From the NCBI GenBank assembly GCA_964534625.1, contig CAZHRF010000004.1, positions 52,841-116,840 on the forward strand: DNA of 64,000 nt, in the 5' to 3' direction. Under the pieces are notes generated by a model. It worked only from the letters and a program-made list of their open reading frames with translations. It did no database searches and was not told the origin of the DNA. The position numbers and the translations under genes were made by a program. Below, piece after piece: positions 41,644 through 52,014 of this stretch (positions within the stretch are counted from its first letter, which is position 1; every line of letters begins with the position of its first letter). Source of the DNA: an uncultured archaeon. Its GTDB lineage: Archaea; Asgardarchaeota; Heimdallarchaeia; Heimdallarchaeales; Heimdallarchaeaceae.

Positions 41644-42300
41644 TTAGACTGTAATGCTCCTTTCTTTTTGAGTTGGTGTAAGTTCTGGTTGTTTCATCAT
41701 TTTATGTGCAAAGATAGCAGGATTCCACATCCATTTACTCATTATCCATAAAGCAATGAATATACCTATACCTGCAATTACAAAAGCAATAGCAAACGCC
41801 ATCGCATAAATTTGTAACCATCTTACAAACCACCCAGGTTGAAGTCCATCAAGAGCTACAGTAAGAAAAGCTCTTATACCCCCAATCAAGGCACACATCC
41901 ACGTGTCAGCGATCAAAAAGAACGCCCAAAAACGAGGATTCTTTATCATGCTTGATATAGGTTCACCTTTACGTGATCTTCCTATAAAATCATATCCACT
42001 GATTCTTCCAGCTATTTTTGCTAATCCAGGCCATCGACCAAATTCGTTAAAACTGAAAAAACCCACACAAAAAGCAATAGGCATGACTATACCAACATTT
42101 TGCAGAAATTTTACAAGTACTTGGTTTGGATACAATGCAACTGCCATTATTATTGCCATTGGTAATGATATATAAATTGACATTTGCACTGACATTCCTA
42201 ATGCCCTGTGTCTTGGATTCAATTTGTCTGTCAAACCTCCTGGTGTTGGAGGTAATTGTTCCTTTAGGAATAAGCTTTTAGGTAATTGTTGTTGTGACAT
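41644..42300 (-). CDS. DUF2798-like membrane protein
   Basis: Two repeated hydrophobic hairpins; PGWFVRWLQIYAMAFAIAF. Confidence 0.65.
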   Translation of the reverse strand: MSQQQLPKSLFLKEQLPPTPGGLTDKLNPRHRALGMSVQMSIYISLPMAIIMAVALYPNQVLVKFLQNVGIVMPIAFCVGFFSFNEFGRWPGLAKIAGRISGYDFIGRSRKGEPISSMIKNPRFWAFFLIADTWMCALIGGIRAFLTVALDGLQPGWFVRWLQIYAMAFAIAFVIAGIGIFIALWIMSKWMWNPAIFAHKMMKQPELTPTQKERSITV

Positions 42301-42570
42301 TTTTTGTTTAACCTCTTTTTTATTCTGTATGTCATGTGTTCTAAAAAGAAAATTATTAGAACAGTATATAAAGGAGGAAAATTATTTCCCTTAATTTTAT
42401 GTTTTTGTAACATTATCACTATACACTATTCTATTACCATTTTAAGGTAAAAAAGTGTAGAACTAAGTAATAAGACCAACCTATAAAAAGAAAAACACAT
42501 CTTTTTTGAAGGAACCAACAAATAATAGCAAAAGGAAAATGTATTTATTTTTCATATTGCTTTTTTTTCT

Positions 42571-43656
42571 ATGAAAAATTTCATTTCAGGTTTAAAACTT
42601 TCTGAGAAAACCTATGAAACAGTTATTAACCCCATTTTACATGAAAACTATCCCACTTTACTCTATTCGGCAGCTAGATTGGGCAAAGGTTCAGAAATCT
42701 TAGGCTTTGATGATCAGATGTCTATGGATCATGATTGGGGAGTAAAACTACAACTTTTTTTACGCCCCGAGGATACACACTTAAAAGATGAACTCTGTGA
42801 GTTATTTTCAATAGTTTTGCCTGATAAGATAGAGGGTATTCTAACGAATTTCAGTGAACAAGGTAAAGATGGTTCTTCTGTACTAAAAAAGAGGGATAAA
42901 AATGAAATGATCAATCATGGTATTGAAATTACAACTATCCAAGAGTATTACAAAGATTTTCTTGGTATTGATCCCTATAAGAATCTTTCAAGTATTGATT
43001 GGTTGGTAATCCCTGAACACAGACTTTTATCAGTAACCTCTGGAAAAGTTTTCCATGATCAATTGGATCTCATTGATATAAGGAATAAATTCTCTTATTA
43101 TCCCCACGATGTCTGGTTATTTATTCTCATGTCTCAATTCAAATTGATAGCAGAAGAAGAACCTTTTGTTGGTAGAACGGGTTATATTAGCGATGATATC
43201 GGTTCACGACTAATTGCATCAAGACAAGTCGAAAGAATGATGCAATTAGTATTCTATCTTGAAAAAAAATACACCCCCTACTCCAAATGGTTTGGTAAAG
43301 CATTCACCCAACTACAATTGTCTTCTAAGTTATTACCTATTTTACAGAATGTACTTGAATCTAAAGACTGGAAGACAAGAGAAAAATATCTTTCTCAATC
43401 GTACGAAATGGTAATTGAAGAATTTAATAAATTGAAGTTAACTAGATATTTTGAACCTAAAGTGAAAAAATTCTGGTCTAGGCCTTTCGATGTTATAGAT
43501 GCCCACGAAATTTCTAATGCATTGAAAGAGACAATTCAAGATAAACAACTACTACAAATTGGGAGAATGATCGGAAAAATCGATCAAATCACCAACAGTG
43601 TTGATGTTTTGGATTACAAGGACACTTTTTCCCGATTTAGAAGCATATACACATAA
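42571..43656 (+). CDS. DUF4037 domain-containing nucleotidyltransferase-fold protein
   Basis: LGKGSEILGFDDQMSMDHDWG, LLSVTSGKVFHD, YTPYSKWFG. Confidence 0.88.
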   Translation: MKNFISGLKLSEKTYETVINPILHENYPTLLYSAARLGKGSEILGFDDQMSMDHDWGVKLQLFLRPEDTHLKDELCELFSIVLPDKIEGILTNFSEQGKDGSSVLKKRDKNEMINHGIEITTIQEYYKDFLGIDPYKNLSSIDWLVIPEHRLLSVTSGKVFHDQLDLIDIRNKFSYYPHDVWLFILMSQFKLIAEEEPFVGRTGYISDDIGSRLIASRQVERMMQLVFYLEKKYTPYSKWFGKAFTQLQLSSKLLPILQNVLESKDWKTREKYLSQSYEMVIEEFNKLKLTRYFEPKVKKFWSRPFDVIDAHEISNALKETIQDKQLLQIGRMIGKIDQITNSVDVLDYKDTFSRFRSIYT

Positions 43657-44019
43657 TGAAAAAATATCTAAAGGTCACAATTGCACTTGTACTGACTTAA
43701 CCCCTTATCTTTATTCACCTCGTACAGGTATCTGTGGGGTCTAAAAGAGTAAAACGCGATCTATCTTATTATCTTATTTTATAAAACCCTAGATAGAATT
43801 AATTTAACTTTTCATTATATTCAATTAACCTAATAGTACGCCCAAATAGGATACAACGATATCCACATCGCTAGTAGAATGAACTTATGTCATAGAAATA
43901 AAGTTTACCAAAAAGATAATAAATATACCTAATCAGAAATGTTTTAATAAAACAAGGAGAAACTGAGTTAAACAAAAGTATTTCGCTTCCTTATAAATGG
44001 AATGAGAAATATTTTTGTC

Positions 44020-44100
44020 GGGTAGTAGAAAGACAAGTCAAAATTGTCTGTCTGTCTGTCAACTGTCAAGTTCAGTTTTCGACTTGTCTTCTTTACACCC
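44020..44100. promoter_or_regulatory. Imperfect inverted repeat enclosing a (TGTC)n tract upstream of the Hef-like operon
   Basis: AAGACAAGTC (44030-44039) / GACTTGTCTT (44081-44090), extendable with mismatches; further AGACTTGTCT at 44188-44197. Confidence 0.45.
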
Positions 44101-44240
44101 AATAAAATATAACTGTTTTTAGTATATAAAGCGATAACAATTAAGAATAGATGAGAATAGACACGAGTGTAATATTACTATAAACTAGACTTGTCTCACA
44201 AATTTTTTCCTCTTTATAACGCCATTGACTCATTTTTATA

Positions 44241-45869
44241 TTGGATATGAAAGATTCATCAGTTGCTAGTACTCAAAATCATACTTTATTAGAACAACTA
44301 TTTTTATCAAGTGTCGCTCAAGAAAATACTTTATTTATTCTTCCTCCAAATTTTGATTATAGGGGTTTAATTTGTTATTTTGCTGAATATTTCTTTGATA
44401 AATTTCCTTCACAAAAGATAGTTTTACTTCTTTCTGATGTTTCTTATTACAATTTTTTCAAGACAATAGAATCATATTCTTGGCGTCAAGATCCTTCGTT
44501 TGGTTTTCCCAAATCCGATATTCCCATATCCGAGCGATCACTTTTATATCAATCAAAATTTTTGATTACTACTGGAGCTCTTTTTTACAATGATCTTCTC
44601 AGGCAATTTATCTCGCCATCAGATATATCACTGGTCATTTACGAATCAGCTCATTTAGCGAAAAATGGCCATGTATTCTGTAAAATTGCGGATATTTTTT
44701 ATTCTACAGATACTTTTCCACGCATCATAGGTTTCTCTTCTTATAATTTCTCTTCTTATGATAGTCTAAAAAAAACTCTAGAAGCGCTTTTTATTAGTAA
44801 AATAGAATTTCGTAGTTCAGCTGATTCTTTAATTTTGCAAGAGTCTCCTCATTCAAATGTATCGATTATCGTACCTGTAAATCAACAAATTAACGATCTT
44901 TGTGTATTCATTCGTAACCACATATATGAAATTGTAGCTTTTTTTGAGAAGCAGGGTATAGATCAGCCCCTATTTATAAGAAAAAGCTTCTCTGCCTTTA
45001 CTGAATCTATTGCTTCTTCTCCCTACGCGTCAGATCTAATCCACCAAGCACTCATTTTGTCTCATCTTCAAAATCTTCATGATACATTAGAATCTGAAGG
45101 ACCATCTGTTACTTACGCTCTTCTCTCGACTATTGAAGAAAATGAAAATCGCTCTGATTCGAAGAAGTCCAATCTTGCTCCTCATAATTTTTCTTCATCA
45201 ACGCTTTTTGATGATATCAATACAGAGCTCAAGACTTTAATTGAACAAAAAATTGGTCATCCCAAAAAATATCGTCTGTTGCAGTTCTTACGCGAAAACC
45301 AAGTTCTTGAAAAGAATCATTCTCTCATCATTAATTGTCGTTCTAAAACTTGTGTGACTGCGCTTGAATCGTTTCTTCAAAAAAACAATATTCCTTGTCG
45401 CGGTATAACAAATCTTCGTCTTAAGTCCCAACGCGAAGCTGTAGATTCCTTTTCAAAAGGCTTTTTACGTGTTCTGATTACCACTAAAAATCTTTCTCTC
45501 TCCTCTGATTTACGATTATTCTACTCTATCCCCGTTCATTTTCGTACATTCCTTGAACGATATGTAACCTCCCAGAGACTTTTTTTCTTAATTACTCACC
45601 ATAGTCATGAAGAACGAGTTTATCATAAATTTCTTAATAGAGAAAAACAAACGGAAGAGATTATTCATGATTCTATTATCAAATTAACCTTAATCAGAAT
45701 ACAAAAAAAGAACTTTGATCGCCGATTAGATAAACAGATTGATCCGCGAACGAAAACTATGCTTTCAATAGTAAAACAGTTTAACAAGAACCGGACCAGC
45801 TCTTCTTCACTTCCATCTTCTAAATCAGTAATTAATGCACAGTTAAAGGAGAAAAGGGACAATGAATGA
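44241..45869 (+). CDS. Hef/FANCM-like SF2 helicase homolog with degenerate catalytic motifs
   Basis: NTLFILP, NDLL...ISLVIYESAH and HPK align with Hef; Walker A is LPPNFDY and DEAH is ESAH. Confidence 0.75.
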   Translation: MDMKDSSVASTQNHTLLEQLFLSSVAQENTLFILPPNFDYRGLICYFAEYFFDKFPSQKIVLLLSDVSYYNFFKTIESYSWRQDPSFGFPKSDIPISERSLLYQSKFLITTGALFYNDLLRQFISPSDISLVIYESAHLAKNGHVFCKIADIFYSTDTFPRIIGFSSYNFSSYDSLKKTLEALFISKIEFRSSADSLILQESPHSNVSIIVPVNQQINDLCVFIRNHIYEIVAFFEKQGIDQPLFIRKSFSAFTESIASSPYASDLIHQALILSHLQNLHDTLESEGPSVTYALLSTIEENENRSDSKKSNLAPHNFSSSTLFDDINTELKTLIEQKIGHPKKYRLLQFLRENQVLEKNHSLIINCRSKTCVTALESFLQKNNIPCRGITNLRLKSQREAVDSFSKGFLRVLITTKNLSLSSDLRLFYSIPVHFRTFLERYVTSQRLFFLITHHSHEERVYHKFLNREKQTEEIIHDSIIKLTLIRIQKKNFDRRLDKQIDPRTKTMLSIVKQFNKNRTSSSSLPSSKSVINAQLKEKRDNE

Positions 45870-46893
45870 ATCTGATCTGAATCAAAAAATCGATTCTTTT
45901 GTAAGAAAAGTAGAACAAGACTTAGCTAAGCTTGAACGTACTCTTTCTTATCCTGAGACAAATGTGTCGATAACTGGTTCTTCTAACTCCCCTATTGATG
46001 ATAGACATCCTCTTCCTAGTGCTAAAGAATTTCAGGCGTATTTTGATGATAAAGACCCCTTTATACATTCTTTCGAATCTCATGTAGATAAAAATCAATC
46101 TGTAGTGAAAATTGATAATTCATCTGTTGAACATGAGCATATTTCCAAACATTCTCTCTTTTCTTCTCCAGCGCATGATAAATCAACTCTCATTCACAAA
46201 ATTAATGAAAAACACCCCAATAATCCTGTGTCAATTAATGATCCTATTAATTCGTTTGTTGATGATACACTAGAAGACTTTCATTTAGAAATTCCTAAGA
46301 AGTCTGATGTAATACTAATCAGTGGTCCGCCAATGACTGGAAAAACTTCCTTAGCCATCCAAATGGCGATAGAGATTTGCCCCAAAAATTCATTCATTCT
46401 TACCAATCTAGCTGATAATGTTTCAAATAAGTTCAATACAATGGTTAATCATTCACGATGGGCAGACTTTTTACCCATACGCAGCAATATTACTATCCAA
46501 TATGTAAGTACACTAAACGAAGTAATGGAAAAGTTATACCAAGTACACCATGTTAAAGATAAATCAAGTGCTGCTTACCGATTACTGGTTATTGATAATC
46601 TTGATTCACTTTTTGCTTCTTGTCAGAACCAAAATCTTCGCTCTCATTTAGATGCGTTCTTAGATGAATTACAAACACTTCTCGATAATAAAAACATCAA
46701 ACTTGTTCTGATTTATGACTCTTATGTATCAAATGAAAATGATTTTCTGGACAAATTAATTGATTTCTCTAACTTGAAAATAACTGCCACTAAAACTGAT
46801 CATGTTTTGTATTCAATTCATGATAAGGATCCAGTTGAAGTAAAACTTGATGAGGCTGGATTAATCAATGTCTTTACTTATACCTATTTTTAG
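45862..46893 (+). CDS. RecA/RadB-like ATPase with long low-complexity N-terminus
   Basis: ISGPPMTGKTSLAIQ, LLVIDNL; overlaps the upstream gene by 8 nt. Confidence 0.75.
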   Translation: MNESDLNQKIDSFVRKVEQDLAKLERTLSYPETNVSITGSSNSPIDDRHPLPSAKEFQAYFDDKDPFIHSFESHVDKNQSVVKIDNSSVEHEHISKHSLFSSPAHDKSTLIHKINEKHPNNPVSINDPINSFVDDTLEDFHLEIPKKSDVILISGPPMTGKTSLAIQMAIEICPKNSFILTNLADNVSNKFNTMVNHSRWADFLPIRSNITIQYVSTLNEVMEKLYQVHHVKDKSSAAYRLLVIDNLDSLFASCQNQNLRSHLDAFLDELQTLLDNKNIKLVLIYDSYVSNENDFLDKLIDFSNLKITATKTDHVLYSIHDKDPVEVKLDEAGLINVFTYTYF

Positions 46894-47201
46894 AAACGTG
46901 TTCAGGTCACTTTCGTAGTTTCTGGATTTATGTATATGTATATGTATATTTAACAAAATAAACAAAAAAAATTTTTTAGCTTCTATTTTCTTACCACCAA
47001 TTTAATACATCTTCTGCAAATCCTAACATTGTATTTATTTTTATTTCATTTCCATTATCAAGAATAATTCTACCAGTATAGTATCCAAATACTTGAATGG
47101 ATTTTAAAACTAATAAGTTAAATGTACTATTTTATCCTCTATCATGACATTTATCAAAAAGAAAAGGAAATAGACCGGATAGATTCCAGTTTGTAATCTG
47201 A

Positions 47202-49304
47202 TTACCTTCTGCTCCTTCCTACCATAAGAGCATTAAAAATAACCAATAATGAAGCTCCCATGTCGCCAAATAATACCGCCATCCACAGTATAGCTATACC
47301 AAAAAACACCAGTACAAAGAATAGCATCTTAATAAATAACGAAAGAAAGATATTAATTTTGATAATCTTTTTTGTTTGGCTACTCAAATAAAACATATAA
47401 GGAATGTTAGCCAAGTTATCATTAGCTAACACAATATCAGCTGTTTCAATAGATATCGTTGTTCCTTTTACTCCCATTGAGATACTCAAGTCAGCTACTG
47501 CCAATGCTGGAGCATCATTGATCCCATCACCAATCATTGCCACTTTACCATATTTCTTTTGAAGTAGGGCTATAGCTTGAGATTTTTCTTCGGGTAATAA
47601 CTCAGCTTGAAATGCAATATTTATTTCCCCAGCAATTTTTTCAGCTATATCATAATTATCACCTGTTAACATTATTATATGCTTAATTCCAGTCTGTTTC
47701 AATTGCTTTATGACTTTAGGAACTTCAGGTCTTAATGGATCTGCCATGTGAATATGCCCAATTACTTTGTTGTTTTTAGATACATAGGCGACCATTGACT
47801 CTGTTTCATCGCAATATAAGCCGTCTATTTCTTGTTCTTTTCCGTTCTCACAAACTAAAGAACGATTACCAATAATATATGTATCATCACCAATTACTCC
47901 AATGATTCCTTGTCCTGGGAGAATGTCAATTTTATCAAATTTTAAAGGTTTAATATTTCTTTTTTTGCTATATTCAATAATAGCATGAGCAATCAAATGT
48001 TCTGAATGCTGTTCCAGACCATACGCATACCCTAAAAGATCTTTTTCTGTATACTTTTCACTGAGAGATTCAACCAAATATACTTTGATTGCTCCTGTTG
48101 TTAATGTACCAGTTTTATCAATAGCCAAAGTTTTTACATCAGCTAGACTTTCTATATATTTCCCTCCTTTAATCAATATACCCTTTTTTAGAGCACGGGT
48201 TAGTGCAGATACAACAGTAATAGGGGCGCTTAACACTAAAGCGCAAGGACACGATATAACTAATATGACCAAACTTCTGTAAAACCATTCATTAAAAACA
48301 CTGAACCCATATAATGAAACAGGTACTACAGTAACTAATATCGCGATGCTAACCATCACAGGAGTATAATATTTAGCGAACTTTTGAACAAACTTTTCTG
48401 TCTTTGATTTCTTTTTTTCTGCTTCTTCAATGATTCGAGTTATTTTTGCTATAGTTGTTTCTGAAGGCATAACGGTAGTTCTAACATCAATTGTGCCATC
48501 TAGATTAATAGAACCGCCATAAACTTTAGAGCCTTTAATCTTATTTTCAGGAAGCGATTCCCCTGTAATCAAACTTTGGTCAACAGTTGTTCTTCCCCAT
48601 TCAACTTTGCCATCAATTGGTATCCTCTCTCCAGGTTTAATTCTTATCAAATCTCCCACCACTAATTGCTCAATCAGTACTTCTTCTACATCCCCTTCTT
48701 CTGTTATTTTCAATGCTTTCGCTGGTTGTAATTTCATCAACTGATGAATTGATTTTCTTGCTTTATCCATTGAATAAGCCTCTAAAAGTTCTGCGAATGA
48801 AAATAATATAACGATCATAGATGCTTCTAGCCATTCACCGATAAATACAGCTCCTACAATTGCCATAACCATTAAAAGATCAATATCAATAGTTAATGCG
48901 CGTAAAGAGTTATATGCTCCTCTAAAAACAGGGAATCCACCAATACCAATAGTTATACCATAACTAATTTTACTAACAACTGAGTAGGCTAAAACTAGGT
49001 CAAAAACAACTGCAACAACTAACGCAACTAGTCCAATTATACCATAAATTAGTTCTTTGTTGTATTTTAAACTAAAGAACGAGCGCTGTTCATATGCGTA
49101 TTCAAAACCATATCCTAAGCTTTCAATTTTTTTGATTATTTCGTCATTACTTGTTTTTTCATCATTATAATCTGCTTCAACAGTTGAAGCTACTAGGCTA
49201 ATATTGACTTCTTTAACTCCTTCCATTGTTTTCAAAGACTTATCAATCTTAGCTACACACGAAGCACAATCCATTCCTTTAATTTGTCCTCTTAATTTAG
49301 CCAT
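47202..49304 (-). CDS. cadA: Heavy-metal-translocating P1B-type ATPase (ZntA/CadA-like)
   Basis: GMDCASC, TGES, CPC, DKTGT, SEH, GDGINDAP, and Asp in the last TM (GDMG), indicating the Zn/Cd subclass. Confidence 0.9.
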   Translation of the reverse strand: MAKLRGQIKGMDCASCVAKIDKSLKTMEGVKEVNISLVASTVEADYNDEKTSNDEIIKKIESLGYGFEYAYEQRSFFSLKYNKELIYGIIGLVALVVAVVFDLVLAYSVVSKISYGITIGIGGFPVFRGAYNSLRALTIDIDLLMVMAIVGAVFIGEWLEASMIVILFSFAELLEAYSMDKARKSIHQLMKLQPAKALKITEEGDVEEVLIEQLVVGDLIRIKPGERIPIDGKVEWGRTTVDQSLITGESLPENKIKGSKVYGGSINLDGTIDVRTTVMPSETTIAKITRIIEEAEKKKSKTEKFVQKFAKYYTPVMVSIAILVTVVPVSLYGFSVFNEWFYRSLVILVISCPCALVLSAPITVVSALTRALKKGILIKGGKYIESLADVKTLAIDKTGTLTTGAIKVYLVESLSEKYTEKDLLGYAYGLEQHSEHLIAHAIIEYSKKRNIKPLKFDKIDILPGQGIIGVIGDDTYIIGNRSLVCENGKEQEIDGLYCDETESMVAYVSKNNKVIGHIHMADPLRPEVPKVIKQLKQTGIKHIIMLTGDNYDIAEKIAGEINIAFQAELLPEEKSQAIALLQKKYGKVAMIGDGINDAPALAVADLSISMGVKGTTISIETADIVLANDNLANIPYMFYLSSQTKKIIKINIFLSLFIKMLFFVLVFFGIAILWMAVLFGDMGASLLVIFNALMVGRSRR

Positions 49305-49447
49305 TTTTCAAGCGAATCTACACTTGTTTGTTAATTAAGTTTACTAAATACCAACTTATAATAAATTAGATTAACCATAGCACTCATACTGATATTTTCT
49401 CGTGGTTTCCCAATAAAAGTTAAATATTTCCATTTTATTTTTCCTCT

Positions 49448-50332
49448 ATGACATTTTCTATTGTTGCTGTAGATAAAAAAAATGGTGAAATAGGGTTTGC
49501 AGGTGCTTCTTGTATCTATAACGCTGGACGTATTGGTTTTGTTCAAGCTGAGCTTGGAGCCATAGCCACGCAATCCTTAGTTAATTTTAGCTTAGGACCT
49601 CTCTTTTTAGAAAAACTCCAAGAAGGACTTTCTCTTGAAGCGATTATGGAGCATTTTCGAGAAGTTGATGAAGGTATTGAACTCCGCCAGATTGGTATGG
49701 CAACCTACGCTGGTGATGTTCTTTCTTTTACTGGTAATAAATGTTTAGAGTGGGCAGGTCATAGAGAAGGAAAAAATTACTGCTGCCAAGGAAATATTTT
49801 AGTTGGACCTGAAATTATTGAAAACATGGGAAAAGCATTTGAAAATGCATCAGGTCCTCTCTCTTCCAAATTATTTGCTGCTTTACAAGCTGCTGATAAT
49901 TCTGGTGGTGATGCTCGTGGTAAACAGAGTGCTAGAATTATTGTTGAGAAAAAAGGTGCTGGTTTTTTAGATGGCGATAGACTAATTGATATCAATGTCG
50001 AAGATCATGATGAACCTGTTCAAGAACTAGGGCGTATCTTGAGTGTTTTCCAGTTTTATCAACATATCAATGCTATTTATGCAAAATATGAAGATAATCC
50101 TGATAAGGCTATCAATGAGATGGAAAAGTATATGCTGGGACGAGAAGAACGTCATGAAAAAGACGGATGGGCTATGCTAGGTTATATGTACTATCAAAAG
50201 AATAAGAAAGATAAAGCCATTAAACATTATAAACACGCGCTAAAAATTGCTCCTAAATTCAAGAATATATTGGACAAATATCCTCAATTAGGGCGATTGG
50301 ATCAAGATTTTGTTGATAAAATACTTCAATAA
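49448..50332 (+). CDS. DUF1028 Ntn-hydrolase family protein with C-terminal TPR
   Basis: MTFSIVAVD, GAIATQS, QGNILVG, GGDARGKQSA; TPR-like tail. Confidence 0.9.
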   Translation: MTFSIVAVDKKNGEIGFAGASCIYNAGRIGFVQAELGAIATQSLVNFSLGPLFLEKLQEGLSLEAIMEHFREVDEGIELRQIGMATYAGDVLSFTGNKCLEWAGHREGKNYCCQGNILVGPEIIENMGKAFENASGPLSSKLFAALQAADNSGGDARGKQSARIIVEKKGAGFLDGDRLIDINVEDHDEPVQELGRILSVFQFYQHINAIYAKYEDNPDKAINEMEKYMLGREERHEKDGWAMLGYMYYQKNKKDKAIKHYKHALKIAPKFKNILDKYPQLGRLDQDFVDKILQ

Positions 50333-50508
50333 CGTAGTGGAAACCTTCCCTTTCCTTTCCTTTCCTTTTTTTATGATAGTATGATTTGGTCATCTAAAAC
50401 CAGTTGAACACATGTAACTTTTTAGCTGGGAAAATGAAGAAAAACAATTTTAGTTTAATTCTATTGATCCCCGTACTAAGATCGTTAGCTGGTCTCACCT
50501 AGGTTCTT

Positions 50509-51693
50509 TTATCCCCATAACTCTGTAGTTGTGAATCCTGAGCCTGTTCCAAATAGCACTATTTGTTCCTCTTTGTCTATTTCATCTTTTTCTTTAAGTA
50601 CCTTAAGAGTAGCCATTGTTGCAGCTGCTTCAGGGGCTAACAATATTCCTTCTTTAGTTGCCATGTCTTTCATTGATACAATGATTTCGTTATCATCTAC
50701 ACTTAATGCTGTTCCTTGCGACTCCTTTAGTATGTTTAAGATTAAATAATCACCAATTGCAGCTGGAACTCGTAATCCAGCAGCTATTGTGTTGGGATTT
50801 TCAAAAAACTCTGCATGTTTGGTTTTTTCCTTAAATGCTTTGACTATAGGACAGCAACCTGAAGATTGAACTGAGATCATCCTAGGACGTGAACTATCAA
50901 TAAATCCTAAAGTTTCCAATTCATTGAATGCCTTCCACATGCCTATAATACCCGTTCCACCACCTGTTGGGTAAACTATGACATCAGGTAAATTCCAGTT
51001 TAATTGTTCAGCGAGCTCTAAACCCATAGTTTTTTTACCTTCAGCTCGATAAGGCTCTTTTAGAGTTGATACATCAAACCAATTATTTTTTTGTGCTTGT
51101 TCTTTAGCTATTTTTCCTGCATCTGTAATCAAACCATCCACTAAATGCAAATCTGCGCCAAACATATTCACTTCTTTTTTCATTAATTCTGGTGCATCAG
51201 CAGGCATAAAAACATGAGCTTTTTTCCCAGCTCTCGCCACATAAGCTGAAAGAGCGCATCCAGCGTTTCCAGCTGTAGGAATAACAAATTCTTCAACACC
51301 TAGCTCAATAGCTTTAGAAACAGCAGTAACTAACCCCCTACTCTTAAAGGTTAAAGTGGGATTTAGTCCTTCATCTTTTATGAATAGATGAGGTAAGTCA
51401 TAAGTATCTCCAATATGAGGTAAGTGTAAAAGGGGGGTCCATCCTTCTCCCAAGGTTAATTGATTTCTTTTATTTTTAACAGGCATGATTTCACTCATAC
51501 GCCAGATGTTATAGGGTCGAGAGGAATGTTTTATAGAATCTTTAGTTAAAGTTTCTTTTGCTTGCTCGACATCGTATTTTGCGAATAAAACTTTTCCACA
51601 TTCTGTACAAGTAGTGTGAAGTTTTTCAGTAGAATATTTGGCAGAACAATATGTGCATTCGAGTTCATTAAGAGTAGATGAAGTATCAAACAT
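50509..51693 (-). CDS. thrC: Threonine synthase
   Basis: TLGEGWTPL, KDEGLNPTLTFKSRG, PTAGNAG, EGKKTMG, PTGGGTG; N-terminal CxxC...CxxC. Confidence 0.92.
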   Translation of the reverse strand: MFDTSSTLNELECTYCSAKYSTEKLHTTCTECGKVLFAKYDVEQAKETLTKDSIKHSSRPYNIWRMSEIMPVKNKRNQLTLGEGWTPLLHLPHIGDTYDLPHLFIKDEGLNPTLTFKSRGLVTAVSKAIELGVEEFVIPTAGNAGCALSAYVARAGKKAHVFMPADAPELMKKEVNMFGADLHLVDGLITDAGKIAKEQAQKNNWFDVSTLKEPYRAEGKKTMGLELAEQLNWNLPDVIVYPTGGGTGIIGMWKAFNELETLGFIDSSRPRMISVQSSGCCPIVKAFKEKTKHAEFFENPNTIAAGLRVPAAIGDYLILNILKESQGTALSVDDNEIIVSMKDMATKEGILLAPEAAATMATLKVLKEKDEIDKEEQIVLFGTGSGFTTTELWG

Positions 51694-51811
51694 GATAATT
51701 CAAGTAAAAGTATGTAATTTTAAATATTTTTAGCTCGTAACACAAATAACTTCTTTTTACACCTTTTTATATCTCCTGCATTTTTGACGAGAAAGGTGGT
51801 TCAAAAAAGAG

Positions 51812-51833
51812 TGTGGGAAAAACACAATGGTTG
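51812..51833 (+). repeat. Dispersed intergenic motif, copy 2
   Basis: TGTGGGAAAAACACAATGGTTG, matching 2891-2917. Confidence 0.5.
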
Positions 51834-52014
51834 AACTCCATTAAAGGTGATTTTAAAGAGTAAATAGCGCAATATGATTGTTTTTTTCTAAAGTGAATAG
51901 GGCTATAGTCCCTTCCCATAGCTCTTTCAACTATTTCTATCTCAACCTACCATTTAAGTTACCTTTATTTATTTTATGAATTGTATTTATTTTCTCATTT
52001 AGTTTCTCTATTCT

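Noticed and set aside
44030-44197. AGACTTGTCT/AGAC as p53- or SMAD-type binding sites
   Set aside because: Short-motif resemblance only, with no such factor visible; kept only as an unassigned motif.
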